64,000 nt of DNA from the human T2T-CHM13v2.0 reference genome, Homo sapiens, in the NCBI RefSeq assembly GCF_009914755.1, contig NC_060927.1; one strand, written 5' to 3'. Shown piece by piece: positions 46,495-60,689 of this stretch. A program made the position numbers and the translations under genes. The stretch's first letter is position 1. Each line of letters opens with the position of its first letter. The notes under the pieces are model-generated. The model did not search any database, was not told the origin of the DNA, and was given only the letters and a program-made list of their open reading frames with translations.

Positions 46495-48084
46495 TGGTAT
46501 CAGTTACAATTCTATATGCAAGGAGTTAATGAACAAAATAATTATTAAATAGATAGAGTCAGCCTATCTTTAGAAACCCCTAATGGCAGAGGTTAGTCTT
46601 CAAATGACCTATTTATCTCTAGAACTATTTTTTTTTCTGGACTATTTTTTTTTCTAAATTATTTTCAGTCTGAATTGCCTCCTATAGACAGTGGAATATT
46701 GGTTTTGCAAATCAATGGGTTTCAAAGAATGAACACAATTCATTCAACTTCTACTTAAGCTTTCTAAGCTTAATTCTATATTAATTCACCTGTAGATGCT
46801 TAATTTGATCTGGAAACATTTTATAATTCCACTTCCTGATAATACGCTTAGGCATTTCTTGCAGAGGAATTAAGATTTTCAAAGTTATCAGTACATAATT
46901 AAGCCTTGTTCAATTAACTGGCCTGCTGCCATGCTTGCAGGGTGCTGTGTCCTGCGACTCAGGAAACTGACACAGCATCACAGAGGATTCTGGCTTTTGT
47001 AGACAAGAGCCAACACTGAAGATGTAATGCTTAGGAAAAACACCCAAATGAGCAATCCACTTTAGTTGTTGCTGAGAACTTCTTGGAGGAAGGAGCTTTG
47101 CAGGACAACTGACTCATCTTGCAGCAATGTGTAATGCTTGTGCTGGAAGAGATTCTGGTAGGTGAGAACAATTATGGCAGCAAGGGGCAGAAACATCACC
47201 CCCTAGCACACAAAATTACAAAAGTTATTTGAGAAAGGGCATTTGTCAGAAAAATAATAAATTTGGTTTTAGCCAAATTTGATGTAAAGCCTATGTTTTT
47301 AACGGAAATGCCAAGTAGGTAGTTAGAAATGTCAGAATGAACATCGGAAAATAATAAGACAAAATTCATAGAAGTGAATGTTTTAGATTAGAGGTAAGAG
47401 ATGAAGTCATATTTTTGAAAGGAAATCACAAACAATAAGCTGAAAAAGATGACTGTTAAACTTTGCATAAATCCTATTGTTATATTGAGAGATTAAGAAA
47501 AGTAAAACTTAAAAATGGCAAAGAAAAATATGGTAGAACATGCAGTTGGAATATGCCAGTGCCTCCAACATCTAGTGAGAAAGAAGTTTCAAGAAAGAAG
47601 ATTCCATCGACAGTGTGAAGTATTCCAGAGAAAGTGAAATAAAGAGGAGGAAAATATTTGGCTTGTTAATGAGAAGATACTTGGTGACTTGTGAGTTGTT
47701 GATACGGGAGCTAGATTACATGTCAGTAAACATGAGAATAGAAATGTGATAATAGCTTAAGGAACTAGTGGAAAGACAACAATTATAAACAAAGATAAAT
47801 AGACCAGGTTCTAGTGAAGGCTGAAAGTTCAAGTTAGGATGATGCATGCGTAACTTGAGGGAAAAGTTTCATCATTTTCAGGTTGTCTAGTAAAAAGATG
47901 AAAGACATATTCATTGAGCAATTGTGGTATAGAGACACTGTCTTAGGTGCTTGAATATAGCAGTCAACAATCAAAACCAAGATATCTAAGCTGTGGAGCC
48001 TGAGATCTGTTTTGAATATTTAACAGGCTCCTAGCCCTGGGCTAATTAAGCACTATTAGAAGGAACACACTCTTGTGTTATATA

Positions 48085-48283
48085 CAGTGCTGTGCTGGTA
48101 ATCTGGCTTACTGGGAAAAAATAAAAATAAAAAATAAAAAGCCCTGATAGAGTATTTGAGGAGTTCCTAGTTGTAAATATTCCTGTACTGTAGCCAATTT
48201 CTAGCTACCAAGATAATACCACTGGTGTAGAGTTGGGAAGGAGGTGCAGAATAGGCTCCTGAGTTGGCTGCAACAGAGCGCTG
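48085..48283. mobile_element. MER63-like hAT-Blackjack MITE
   Basis: cagtgctgtgctggtaa...gccctgat...gccaatttctagctaccaa...gagttgggaag. Confidence 0.65.
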
Positions 48284-48739
48284 GTACTGGTGTGTTTTGT
48301 TTTGTATGCTAGGTGTATTAACATGCTTCTACCTTCGTTTTATTCATATGTAAAATAGGAAAAATATTTTGCAACTTTTATGAAGTTGTTTATTGATGAA
48401 TATTTTTGGTGGAACCAAAAACTGGAGAAATGCAAGCTATCAAATTAATCAGCATAAGTGAAATGGTTAGACATTTACATGTGAAAACAATATTAAATTT
48501 AGATTTGGAAAACCATAGACAATTAAAATTAAACTCACAGATGGTAGACAACTTTAGAAATGCTGTAATACACCTCACTTACCTAACGTCTTCAGGGAAT
48601 GAGCTGTTTCATTTAAGTGAATTTTCCTAATAAAACTTACAGATTCAAGCACTAGCACATTTTCATTTAAACAAATTTATGTGGAAACCTTTCAAAAATG
48701 GATTCAAAAATTTGTTGCCTTCTTTATTTTTATAACACA

Positions 48740-49340
48740 TATTTTGAATTTCAAAATAATACGTGATCATTATATAACATTTGAAAATAAACACATATAA
48801 AGGAGAAAATAAAAATATATTTCTAATCTCATCAGAGGAAACCAGTGTTATCAAGATGATTTAATTTAATTCCATCTTCTTACTTACATGTATATTTTTA
48901 AGTAATTGAAATATTTTTAATCAAATATATGTTACATGAATTTATTTGCAAGCATTTTCTCACATCATTAAATATTCTGTAAATGTATGTTTTTTTAATG
49001 GCAGTACTATTTTGTCAAATACGTGCACTAGAATCATTTTAAATATATACATATTGTTATCGATAGTAATTTACATTGCTTCCATTTTTCATAATTATAA
49101 TGTGCTGCAAAGAATAACCTCATATATCTCTTTCTACCTTAGGACATTTCTAATTATAAATTCCTAAAAATGGAATTAGTGGGTCAAAAGATAAGGTTAT
49201 TGTTTTAGACAATTAATGAAGTTGGTCAAATTTTAGTGCAAATTGGTCAAACCTTGCCTGCAGAAAAAGTATGACAATTAATACTTTCACTAGAAATGTA
49301 TGAGAGTACCCATCTCTCTGTATTCCTTGTCATCAGCAGA
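48740..49340 (-). mobile_element. Ancient L1ME-type 3' fragment
   Basis: taaattcctaaaaatggaattagtgggtcaaaag...aatgtatgagagtaccc. Confidence 0.55.
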
Positions 49341-52239
49341 CATTGCCGTCTTTATCATTGTTTTCAAACAATGTGCTACATGTCATAATGATTCAGTCAT
49401 CATCATGTTTATAAGTGAGATAAATGAGATAATGTATGGGGTAACACCTAGAACACTCCATGACACATAGTCACTATTTAGTAAATAACTAGGTCAAAGT
49501 TGAGGCTTAACACAATGTTTATCTCTCATTCACATTTCAGTGTGAGTCAATGAGTCCATGCAGTCCTTTAGAGATCAAGGCTTCTTCCATCTGTTGGCTT
49601 CACCATCACTTAAGGCCTTAGAATCCTTGCTTCAAAACTCACTTCTGTTTAGTGGTGACCACAGGCAATCTAAGGCATAGTTGTTAATTTGAGTAAATTT
49701 TTGTTTTATTCATATACAAAGATGCACCTGTGATTTATTAAAGATCATAAGCCTGTTTGCCACCACTATAATGCATTTTCTTCTTTTTATTACCTTTATG
49801 TCTCAGACAAACACATACTATACTGGTTCATGATTGCACACTGAATGTCTGCCCCTCTTCTAGGCTGGAAGCACTTTAAGAGCCGCGGGCTGAGCTTTAT
49901 TCAACTTACTCTCTTCAGCACTTGATATGGTGTCTGGCACTTATTAATATTCAATGAATAATGATTGGGTCAATGAATAAATAACTGGATTAGTGTATGT
50001 TCTTTTTGTTCCTTTGCCTGCTTTTGTGGTTTCATTCATGTGGCCATATATTCTCTCAGTGAATCTCCCTCTCCTTTCACCAGTTATCCTAATTTTCAAA
50101 CCTCTTGGAACTTCTGGGATGGTATATATAAAATAGAATATTAACTGTCTGTGGGCCTAAAATAACTCTTGAAGTAGTTAAGCTTAGAAACTTTAATAAA
50201 ATTCCTTTATATCACCACTGCCTTACTCTCTGGCCCATTACTATGTTCTGGGGAACTGAGGCCATCAAATACACAAATCTGAATGAGTGAGGCACATTTT
50301 CACATCAATGTAGGTGGATACTCTATTACCTAAAAAAGAAAAAAACTGGATGTGCATTATCCTCATATGATGAATAACCTTTTTCCGTCAGTAGTAGTAT
50401 TTGGCATATTTGAATTCAACGTTTTCCCATGTTTTGTGTTTCCTGGACCAGGTCTTCTTTGGAATAAAAGGAAACAAAGAGTTCCTGGGATATCAAGAAG
50501 GTTCTGTCCGTTTAATGACTTTTAAAAAATAGCACATCTATAGTAAGTGAGTTGAATCAACTCAGTTTCATATTATGGTTTAAAAAAACTGAAAATAAAA
50601 AAAAATTGTTCTAAGAGTTATCCACTGCAATGGAATTAAAAGCCAGTGCATAATAGGAAACTGTGTTCTGGAGTTGAGGAACTGATCTGACTTGGTGTAT
50701 GACTAGGGTATTGCAGGATGAGCTGCTTCAGATTCCACTGCTACTGGATATGTGGTCTTCATATGAAAAACAAGTTTTGTAATATCTGTTCTGTCTCCAT
50801 CAGAAGTTTATTAGGCTTGAGATCAAATATTCAGAAGAAATAAAACTGTTATCAATACTTAAAGCAACACTACTTATTTTAAATAATACACTATTGATAC
50901 TTCTTGTAAAGCCTTAATTTTTAAATTTTTTCCAGTTCTTACTGGTAAAATGAATTTTTTCAAATTACAATAATTTGTCTTGAATAATTTATTTTTTATT
51001 ATAAAAGATAATGTACCTTTAAAATGGTTTCTAAAATCTCTTTTCAAAGAGGGCAACTTTGTTAATTTCCAACTAGGCTTTCACCATAAGTAGGCATCCC
51101 AAACATAGCAATACCTCCCAGATTGTTAATTAGTTCTCCTACTCCAAGTTACACTGATGATCCCCTCCTTTTCTAATAGTTCCTAAGGAAGCAGTCTGAT
51201 TACACAGGCCATTGCATATTTAGTTGGCCAATTAAAATCTTTGTCATTTCAAAATGTTCCTTGGCTTGTATCACTTATGCCAGCAATCTTTACGATTCAG
51301 GAGAATATTCCTAAGGCAGATGGATGCTAACTGACATTTGGGTGATGCCTAGGAAGCAGAGTTAAGTCCTCAGAAAGTTGGTATATGCACTTTTAAAAAC
51401 TAAAAAAAAAAAAAATGCATTCACAATGGTGTGTAACCACCACGTCTGTGTAGTTCCAAAACACTTTCAACACATCAGAGTAAAACCCCTTACCCATCAA
51501 GCAATCTATCCTTATTTCCCCTTCCTCCCAGACCCTGGTAGCCGCCAATCTACATTTTGTGTTTTTCAAAACTTCTTAATGTGGAAGTAATTTAAAATTT
51601 ATAAGAAGTTTTAAAATAAAAATAATACAAAGAACACCTACATATGCTTACTCCAGTTCATCTGTTGTAAACATTTACCTCATTTGCTTCTCTATTATAT
51701 ATGCATACAATATATAATAATTATACTTTTATGTTAATTATATATGATTATATATATATGTATAATTATTTTCTGAAGCATTTGAGGGTGACCCTCAGAC
51801 ATCTGTGTGGTCTGGACATATATTCTCAGATTCAACTTTAGAATTGACTTGCCCTCTTTCAGTAGCTGCCAGGGGTGCATCTAAAACACAGAGATGATTG
51901 TATCTCTAATATGCTCAAAACCCAATGGGGACTTCTTTTTTAAACAGAGAAATCTCTTAACTGCTTTGCAAGGGCATTCAGTGTGCACCACACCTTGTTT
52001 TTAAACATCCTGTCTTGCCTCTTCTGCTGTCTCCATTTCTTTTTCTTTCATCAACCCCATCCACACTGAACTGCTTATGATTGCTAGTGACTGCCATCAT
52101 ATCATCATATTTTTGGGGATTTCTTCCTCCAGATATATACATTTCTCTTTCTCTCCTTGTGAAATTCACCCATGGCCCAGCTTAAATACATATTTTTGTT
52201 TTTGCTTCCCTGACCTCATCCTTTATCCCCAAACACACG

Positions 52240-52475
52240 TAGCGCTTGTAGCAGAGGGACTAACAGCATGGGTTTGTCTTGCCAAATCATGGGTCTGTCA
52301 CTTGTTAGCCATGTGAATGTGAGCAATTTTCTTCTCTTTTCTTCTGTTTGTTCTTCTGTAAAATGAGAATAATAATAATACACACCTCCTAAAGCTGTTA
52401 TAGAATTAAATGAGAGAACATTTCCAAGTGTCTAAAACAGTCTTTGGTAGATAGAAAGCACTCAATAACATGTGA
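52240..52475 (+). mobile_element. MIR
   Basis: tctgtcacttgttagccatgtga...ctgtaaaatgagaataataat...aattaaatgag...gcactcaataa. Confidence 0.75.
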
Positions 52476-52967
52476 ACTACAGTTTTAGCAAGACTCAGCT
52501 CAGTATATTTTGATTAGGTGTTTATTTATCAATCTCCCAGTGCAGGCTATGGGATTCTTAATGATGAAAACCCTTGTTTATTCATCTTCATATCTCCAGC
52601 CTTGCTGTTAGTAGAGCTACCTTGTGAATAATAAATACTGCTAACTCTACAGGTAATGCCCTTCTTTAGACAGAGTAGAGTACAAGAGACATCTCAAAGT
52701 CACACAATTTAAAAGAAAGGTGGAATCTGCACTAAGGAATCTTTAGCCTGTAACTGCTTGCATGCTCTGGAATGAGCAAACAAAAATTCTAATTATCTTT
52801 CTAGGAAATGGATCAAATAAAAGAATTAGTTGATCTCCAGAAAACAACAACAACAATAAACGCCTGCATCCTTACAGCAAATTTATTAAAGGAAGACATT
52901 GTACTTTGAAGTACTACTGTTGCCTCGGGTCAGCATTAAGTTTCTAAATTCTGTGATATATCTACAG

Positions 52968-53431
52968 GTAGATTAGTTTTTTAGGGCTGCTGTAACAAAG
53001 TACAACAAATTAGGTGGATTTAGCAACAAAATTTTTTTGTTTCACAGTTCTGGAGTCTAGAAGTTTGAGATCAAGACATCAGTAGGATTGGTCCTTCTGA
53101 GGGCTATGAGGAACAATCTATTCCTTGCCTTTCTTTCAGCTTCTGGTGGTTTGCAGGCAACCTTTGGCATTCCTTGGCTTGTAGATAAACCAACCCATTC
53201 TCTGCCTTCGTGTTCACATGGCGTTCTATCTGTGTATGTAGCTCCGTGTCAAAATTTCCTGTTTATAAGAATGTCGGCCATATTGGGTTAGGGGCCCAAC
53301 CTAGTCTAGCACAACTTCATAATAAATAATTACGTCTGTAATGACCTTATTTCCAAATAACATTCTGAGGTACTGGGGGGTTAGGATATTGACATATGAA
53401 TTTTGGTAGGGACATAATTCAACTAATAACA
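52968..53431 (-). mobile_element. MLT1C-like MaLR solo LTR
   Basis: tagggctgctgtaacaaagtac...tcacagttctggagtctagaagtttgagatcaag...aatgaccttatttccaaataa...cataattcaactaataaca. Confidence 0.85.
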
Positions 53432-55839
53432 ATAGACTTTTAGAGAATGCCTTTAACATTTATTAAGGATGGAATATCAACAGATGTGCTTTTGTTCTTC
53501 ACTGTCCCTCCAATGAAAATTGTTTTTGATGCTGCTTTCCAGAACCTAAGTGTTAAGAGGAAACACTTAATGTTTCTAAACTTAGATTTATGATACTTGA
53601 TATTCCTGTGCACTAGAGAAATTCCTATCCAAATAGATAGATTTATGATTGTGAACCTGAACTTTGCTGAAGCAGGCAGGTTTGCAAATTTTAGCAGTGT
53701 TGACATTCCAAGAAAGAAGATAATGAATTCTAGAAATTCAAATCTGATTATTAAGGTAGAAGTGCTGGGGTTAATATAAAACTCACCAGAAGTAAAATAT
53801 TTAGACAAACAGTAGAGGTATCATAGCATTTAGGGACTTGGGGAACATTCAATCCTTCCCTTAAGAAAAAGTCATTATATGTAAAGTAACGCACACGCTA
53901 TTCTCAGTTCTCAAACACAGAAATAGGATGCTGATTACATTAAAGTAAGAAATTTGAAAATACCTAGCTTCTTACCCTGCCCAGTGGTAATATCTCTTAA
54001 AATTTGACCACAAACATATTCTACTCTCTGTTTCCTCCACTTTTTTTGTTTTAGTTTTACCTGCAGAAAAACTTCTGCCATTTCTATTATTTTTATCCTT
54101 AGTCATAATGTCTTTATGAATGATTTCATTGTTTTACCTTCCAAAATCTTGCCTCGTATAGAAAGTTTAAATGTGAGCCATATAAGAAATGATGTTCCTT
54201 GCTTAGAAAGTATATTTCAGGAGTACAATTTGCAGAGTTAGAAATTATATTAAATAATTAAAATGGAGAATAGTTTCACTTATCAAATTGTATTTGAGTT
54301 AACCTTGAGAAACTCTCAGTATCTAGTATTGTGCCTTGGGTAGAAGGAATTTATTAATATCACCAACCCCCTTGGACTTATTAAAATTATCCTGTATTCA
54401 ATATTTCTGACTGACATTAATACTTTCCCTTTTTATTACTAACAAAGGAATATTATTAACCTGGGGTGGGAATACATAAAAAACGTCATGAGGACACAAG
54501 TGCTTGAAGAATTTAATTACTGCGACTATAGCATCTTTTTTCTCAGCATTTTTCAATTGTCGACCTAAAAAAGAATTGTCTGTACTATGTAAGGCATTTT
54601 GACTCAACCCTGAGTGTTTGACCCAAATGGCATAAGTGAATTGTTTTAATCTGCCCCTTTAGGAGTCTGTTGGCTTTACGGATCTTGCATCATGAATAAT
54701 TAAACAGTGTTGGCCTATAAATTCCATCAGAAGCACAGTATCTCAGAGATTCATATTTATTTCACAAAAGATAAATATATTGAGGAATCAAATCTGGCAA
54801 TTGTGTATAAAGCTTATTTTCAAGTATAAGAATTTTTTTGTGCAGTGAGAATTCAAAATCCTCAATAGACATCATGTTAGTAACCCCACAACAGAAATCC
54901 CACATAAGTCCATTATTGCTTTTAAAACCTTCATATTAAGATTTCCTATAAAAATGTAAATGTTATGTCTCTGAATTTGTGAATTCAAGCTATCACACAG
55001 TACGAAAATATAGAAAATGTTTTGATAATACTGCAAGTTGAGAATATGAACTGTCTCAGCAAGAGTACCTGGCCTTTCTAGAGTAATGAAACATAACTTC
55101 AAAGAAGACTTTATTTTCTCTATGCATTTGGATCATTGACCATTGGGTTAAAAGTAGAGATTAATCCCCCACTGTGGGAAATGAGCATTGAAATGCTGAC
55201 TTGCAGAAAAGATGTTTAGAATGAATTCAACTTTCCCTTTTTTAACCTTCAAATATGGACCTTGAAGTTCAGGAAGACAGAACTATTTACTTCACTAAAA
55301 TAGTTGCTGTTTGAGGACTGTGTGCTTTGGGTAGTACTCTTCTCAGACAGTGATGCAGCATGATCTATTTCAGAAAACTCTTTCTTTTTTCACCTTCATT
55401 CTCCCTATCCCAAATTGGCTGTTTATAAATGAAAATATTGTATAATAAAACAATACGTTATTTTTTGCATTGTGCAGTAATTTCTGGTGTATTTTAAAGT
55501 GTGCATTTCCTACTCAGTTCCCAAATAAATAATCTCAAGTCAACTTCTCTGCATCATTTTGCTGGTCAGGAGGACAAGCCTTCTGTGTGCACTACAGCTG
55601 CTAGATGCTAGCGGGCGAATAACACAGCCTTCTTCTTTAATGAGACGGCAGATTTCCTACCTCTGAAAATTAAGAATGTTGGTCTCTGCAGTAATTTGGC
55701 ACAGGGCTGCTTTTACTTTATTAAATTTCTTCTAGTAGCAATAAAAAGAGTGCCAGCGTTAGCCTCAAACCCAGGGCTAGAAAGAAAATATGTTGTTAGC
55801 CTAGGCCAGGTCTCAGATGAACTTTTTAATACTGGGTGT

Positions 55840-55960
55840 ATTTTTTTTTCTTCCTCCTGCTCCTCCTCACCCTCTTCAACCTCAGCCTCCCCCTCCTCCT
55901 TTTCCTTTTCCTTCTGTTTTTCTTTCTCTTCCTCCTCTTGCTCCTTCTCCTTCTTCTTCT
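55840..55960. repeat. Polypyrimidine (TCC/TTC) low-complexity tract
   Basis: Directly visible. Confidence 0.85.
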
Positions 55961-56439
55961 GAATTCTAGTCTGTTTTTATTTGAGAGTCCTCAGACCACT
56001 CTGAACTAGCATGGGGTAGAATCTTCAGTACTTCATGAAAGACTTCTCCTTCTTAGAACTGAGAACAAAGAAAGTAAACCGGAATTAACAAACAATACTG
56101 AAATTCACAGATTGGAAAAGTGGCAATTATTCTGTGAAGCGTTGCATCTTCCTAAAAAAAAGCCCCAAACCCTTCAATTTCTTAAGAATATCTATATCTA
56201 TATGTGTGTGTGTGTATACAAACTATATATTCTCATATGCAAATATGCAGCACTTAAATGAAATGTTCAAAATTATTTATGAGAAAAGGAAAACCTGAGA
56301 ATCACTTGCCTAATATGAGGTTATTCTGACATATAGTTTGATTAATATGTATGTACTGATTGTCACAGTTTTCCTTGGTTAGTTTCAGTATAAAATATGC
56401 ATGTTATTATTAAATATGCTTAAGAAATGGCAGAAGTTG

Positions 56440-56766
<327 letters not shown>

Positions 56767-59024
56767 CTACTATGATTCTGATACTATGAAATTTTATGCA
56801 ATCTAAAAATAGTTTTTATATTATCTTAGATGCAGCATCAAAATTACCAATATAAACTTATACTCTGGCTAATAGATTTTCCAACATAGAAAAGAAGTGT
56901 CTTACTAATTAATTTCCAACTCATCACCTCTGTAATTACTAAAGTTTGTGAAATATATATAATTTCTAAACTAACGTTATTTCAATTACTTGTTAGGGCA
57001 GTCAAAGCTATTTATACATGAATAACAAGTTATTCATATATGCTTTAAATTTTTTTCTAAATGAATCATTCTTTTGTTTTCTGATTAATTATCAAAATCC
57101 TTTAAAAGAAATAATAACTATATAGTCTCTCTGTGTATATATGTGTACATTTATATATTCACTATTTAGCATCTGATTACTGAGCTCTCTAACATGCTGT
57201 CTCAAACATTTAAAGTTATTTGTCACTGTTTTTATTTCCAAATCTTAAACAAAATATAAGATTTAAAATCAGCTTGCCAAAACTTCAGCATCTTATATGG
57301 TTTGCTAATTTTTTTCTTATAATTCTAACAAAAAGCAAACCTTTTTGGGAGCAAATACTACATCTTGTCTGCCAGTGAATCCCCAGATCCTTATATGATG
57401 ACTGATACATGGTGGGAGCTCAACAAATATTTTTAGCAAGAGTTAATTAATGACTGATCACTTATTGCATAGCAATTACCACTAATCATTCCTCAAGTAT
57501 GTTTTATCTCTTTGAACTAAGCACATCACTCTTAATCAGATTTACAAAATTTTTGGATGTGATGTAAATACTCTAATCCTTGCATTTGAGTCAGTTTCTA
57601 AAAGAGAACAACTGCAAGATGTTGTTCAAAATCAGTTAATTGGGTCTATTAATTGGGTCTATTTATTAACTAAACAAGCACTGCACTTTAAGAGAGTACA
57701 GTTAATGAGATGAAAGGAAGGAAGCAAGTCATTTTCTTCTTTAAGAAATTATTGAAGTCAACATTGTATTATGATATTTTATGGCTGTAGTTCTCTGGCT
57801 ACAGTGCCTTATAAATATTGATTATTTAAGAGTAGAGTAAGACAAGCTGGAGAATTACCTAAGGAGAAGGCCAAGAAGACAACTAACATCCCAAGTGGCC
57901 AGTAGACATAATTCAACTCAAAAGCAAGTTTGGTTTCTTTAGATCAGCAGAGTGCTGCCTGAGTGGGGACTCTGTCTCTAGAGATGGTGCTAATGCTAGA
58001 TGTTGAAAATAAGTTTTGAAGGAAGCATTAGCAAAAAGTCAAAATTTTATAATAAGGTGCTTAAAAATGAGTTTCCTTATATTATTCTGTATGTGGGAGA
58101 AAAATTTGGATAAGTTTAATGTTGTAACTTTTAGGAGTTAAAACAATCAGGCAAGATAACTACATACATAATTATAAATCTATTTATCATCTATTTTAAA
58201 ACTGCTCCAAAAAATTGTGGCCTTTTTTGGTATATATGAGCCCATTTAACACTGGAATGTAGGTTTCAGAATGAACGACCAGAATTGGTAAAGGTCTGGA
58301 GTCATAGAAGAATATAGAGCGTTTGGGGAACTGTGTAATGAGTAGATGTCATAGGTGATGGAGATGAGACTGAAGAAGTAAGGCCAGGTTATAAAGGGTC
58401 TTCCTGTGCTACACTAAGGAATCTGCTTTATCCATTCTTAAAGTGAAGTGGCAAGGTACGGTTGCATTTTGAGCCATCATTTAGACATTTCCATGAAGGG
58501 TAAGTGGGTGGGTCTTTACTAGAGATAGAGAGAACATTTAGATAATAGATAATAGAACATTTCAGTATATTACAAGAGATAGAAAATGTATTTATTTGAA
58601 TGTAGAATGGAAGAAAGATCTACCATTCTCCATTATAGATTGATTATGTGTTGGAGAAAGAAGGGGTCTAGGTTGTTAACTGAGTCAACGTAGTTGTGGA
58701 AGCAATTGAAAGGGTGATGGCGACACTGATTAAGATAAAGAAGGAAGGGAGGAGGAAGAACAGATTGTAGAAGAGTATGAAAAATTCATGTTTTGATTTG
58801 TTGAAGTGGGGTTATCTTTAATGACCTAGTGAAATGAGCATCAGCAGCCAGTTGGATATATTGCTCAGTGTTCAGGGGAGAGATCTGGACTAGAAATGGG
58901 ATGTCATTTCTAGTAACAATGTAATGTAAGTGGGTGTCAATGCAATGTAATGTAAATGGTGTCATTTACATATAGGTGGAAGGTGAAGCCATGAAAAGTG
59001 AGATGAGGTCAAGAATGAAACCCT

Positions 59025-59325
59025 GACCAGGTGCAGTGGTTCATGCCTGTAATCCCACCGTTTTGGTAGGTTGAGGCGGGAGGATCCCTTGAGGCCACGA
59101 ATTCAAGATCAGCCTTGGCAACATAGTGAGACCTTGTCTCTATGGAAAAAAAACAACAACATAAAAAGCCAAGCATGGTGGCCAGTATCTGTAGTCCTAA
59201 CTACTCAGGAGGCTGAAGTTTATCACTTGAGCCCAGAAATTCGAGGCTACAGTGAACTATGATCCTGCCAGTGCATTCCAAACTGCACGAAAGAGCAAGA
59301 GCCTGTCTCAAAAAAAGAAAAAAAA
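59025..59325 (+). mobile_element. AluJ
   Basis: gaggcgggaggatcccttgaggcc, ggcaacatagtgagacc, gaggctacagtgaactatgatc. Confidence 0.88.
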
Positions 59326-59474
59326 TAATGAAACCTTTAGTATTGACAGATTTGTAAGGGACAAGCACAGAAAGGGTAGAAAGGGACCTCCTGAAGGGAT
59401 CTGAAACTGAATAATGAGAGAAACCCAAAGAAAATGGAAGCATGGAAGCTAGAGGCAGATTAAGAAGTTCATCA

Positions 59475-60335
59475 TGCATTTCTCTAATGATAAGTGATGT
59501 TGAGCTTTTTTTCATGTTTGTTGGCTGCATGAATGTCTTCTTTTGAGAAGTGTCTGTTCATGTCCTTTGCCCACTTTTGAATGGGGTTGTTTTTTTCTTG
59601 TAAATTTGTTTAAGTGAGATACCATCTCACACCAGTCAGAATGGCAATTATTAGAAAGTCAAGAAAAAATAGATGCTGGCCAGGTTGTGGAGAAATAGGA
59701 AGGCTTTTATACTGTTGGTGTGAATGTAAATTAGTTCAACGTTTGTGGAAGATGGCGTGGCAATTCCTCAAAGATATAGAACCAGAAATACCATTTGACC
59801 AAGCAATCCCATTAAAGGGTGTATACCCAAAGGAACATAAATCATTCTGTTACAAAGATACATGCATGCATATGTTCATTGTAGCACTATTCACAATATC
59901 AAAGACATGGAATCAACCCAAATGCCCATAAATGATAGACTGGATAAAGAAAATGTGGTACATATACACTATGGAGTAGTATGCAGGCATCAAAAGAATG
60001 AGATCATGTCTTTTGCAGAGACATGGTTGGATCTGGAAGCCATTATCCTCAGCAAACTAATGCAAGAATAGAAAACCAAACACAGCATGTTCTCCCTTAT
60101 AAGTAGGGGCTGAACAATGAGAACACATGAACACAAGGAGGGGAACAACACATACTGGGGCCTGTAGGGAGTGGGGAGGGAGAGCATCAGGATAAATAGC
60201 TAATGCATACAGGGCTTAACACCTAGGTGATACATTGATAGGTGCAGCAAACCACCATGGCACATGTTTACCTATGTAACAAACCTGTACATCCTACACA
60301 TGTATGCTGCAACTTAAAAATAAAAATTAAAAAAA
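59475..60335 (+). mobile_element. 5'-truncated, 5'-inverted older L1PA (about L1PA10-13)
   Basis: 59475-59615 is antisense L1 and 59615-60335 is sense ([12 protein letters not shown]...RCW...); 3'UTR gagagcatcaggataaatagctaatgca. Confidence 0.88.
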
Positions 60336-60404
60336 TTTTTTACAATGAACAATGTCATGTATTGGAAATAGGCCAAGTGAAACAAGGACAAAATGTGAAA
60401 ATTG

Positions 60405-60689
60405 GGCTGGGCACATTGGCTCACACCTGTAATCCCAGCACTTTGGGAGGCTAAGGAGGGCGGATCACATGAGGCCGGGAGTTCGAGACCAGCCTGGCCA
60501 ACATGGTGAAACCTAGTCTCTACTAAAAATAATCCCAGCTACTCCAGGGGCTGAGGCATGAGAATCACTTGAACCTGTGAGGCAGAGGTTGCAGTGAGCT
60601 GAGATTGAGAATGCACCACTGCACTCCAGCATGGGAGACAGAGCAAGACCGTGTCTCGATTAAAAAAAAAAAGAAAAAGAAAAAGAAAG
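60405..60689 (+). mobile_element. AluS with a ~35-bp deletion of the linker and start of the right arm
   Basis: ...tctactaaaaat joined directly to aatcccagctact; TSD gaaaattgg. Confidence 0.9.

Noticed and set aside
57636-58965. Short tandem duplications (13 bp at 57636-57661; ~26 bp near 58917-58965)
   Set aside because: Ordinary slippage duplications with no spacer structure; not a CRISPR-like array.
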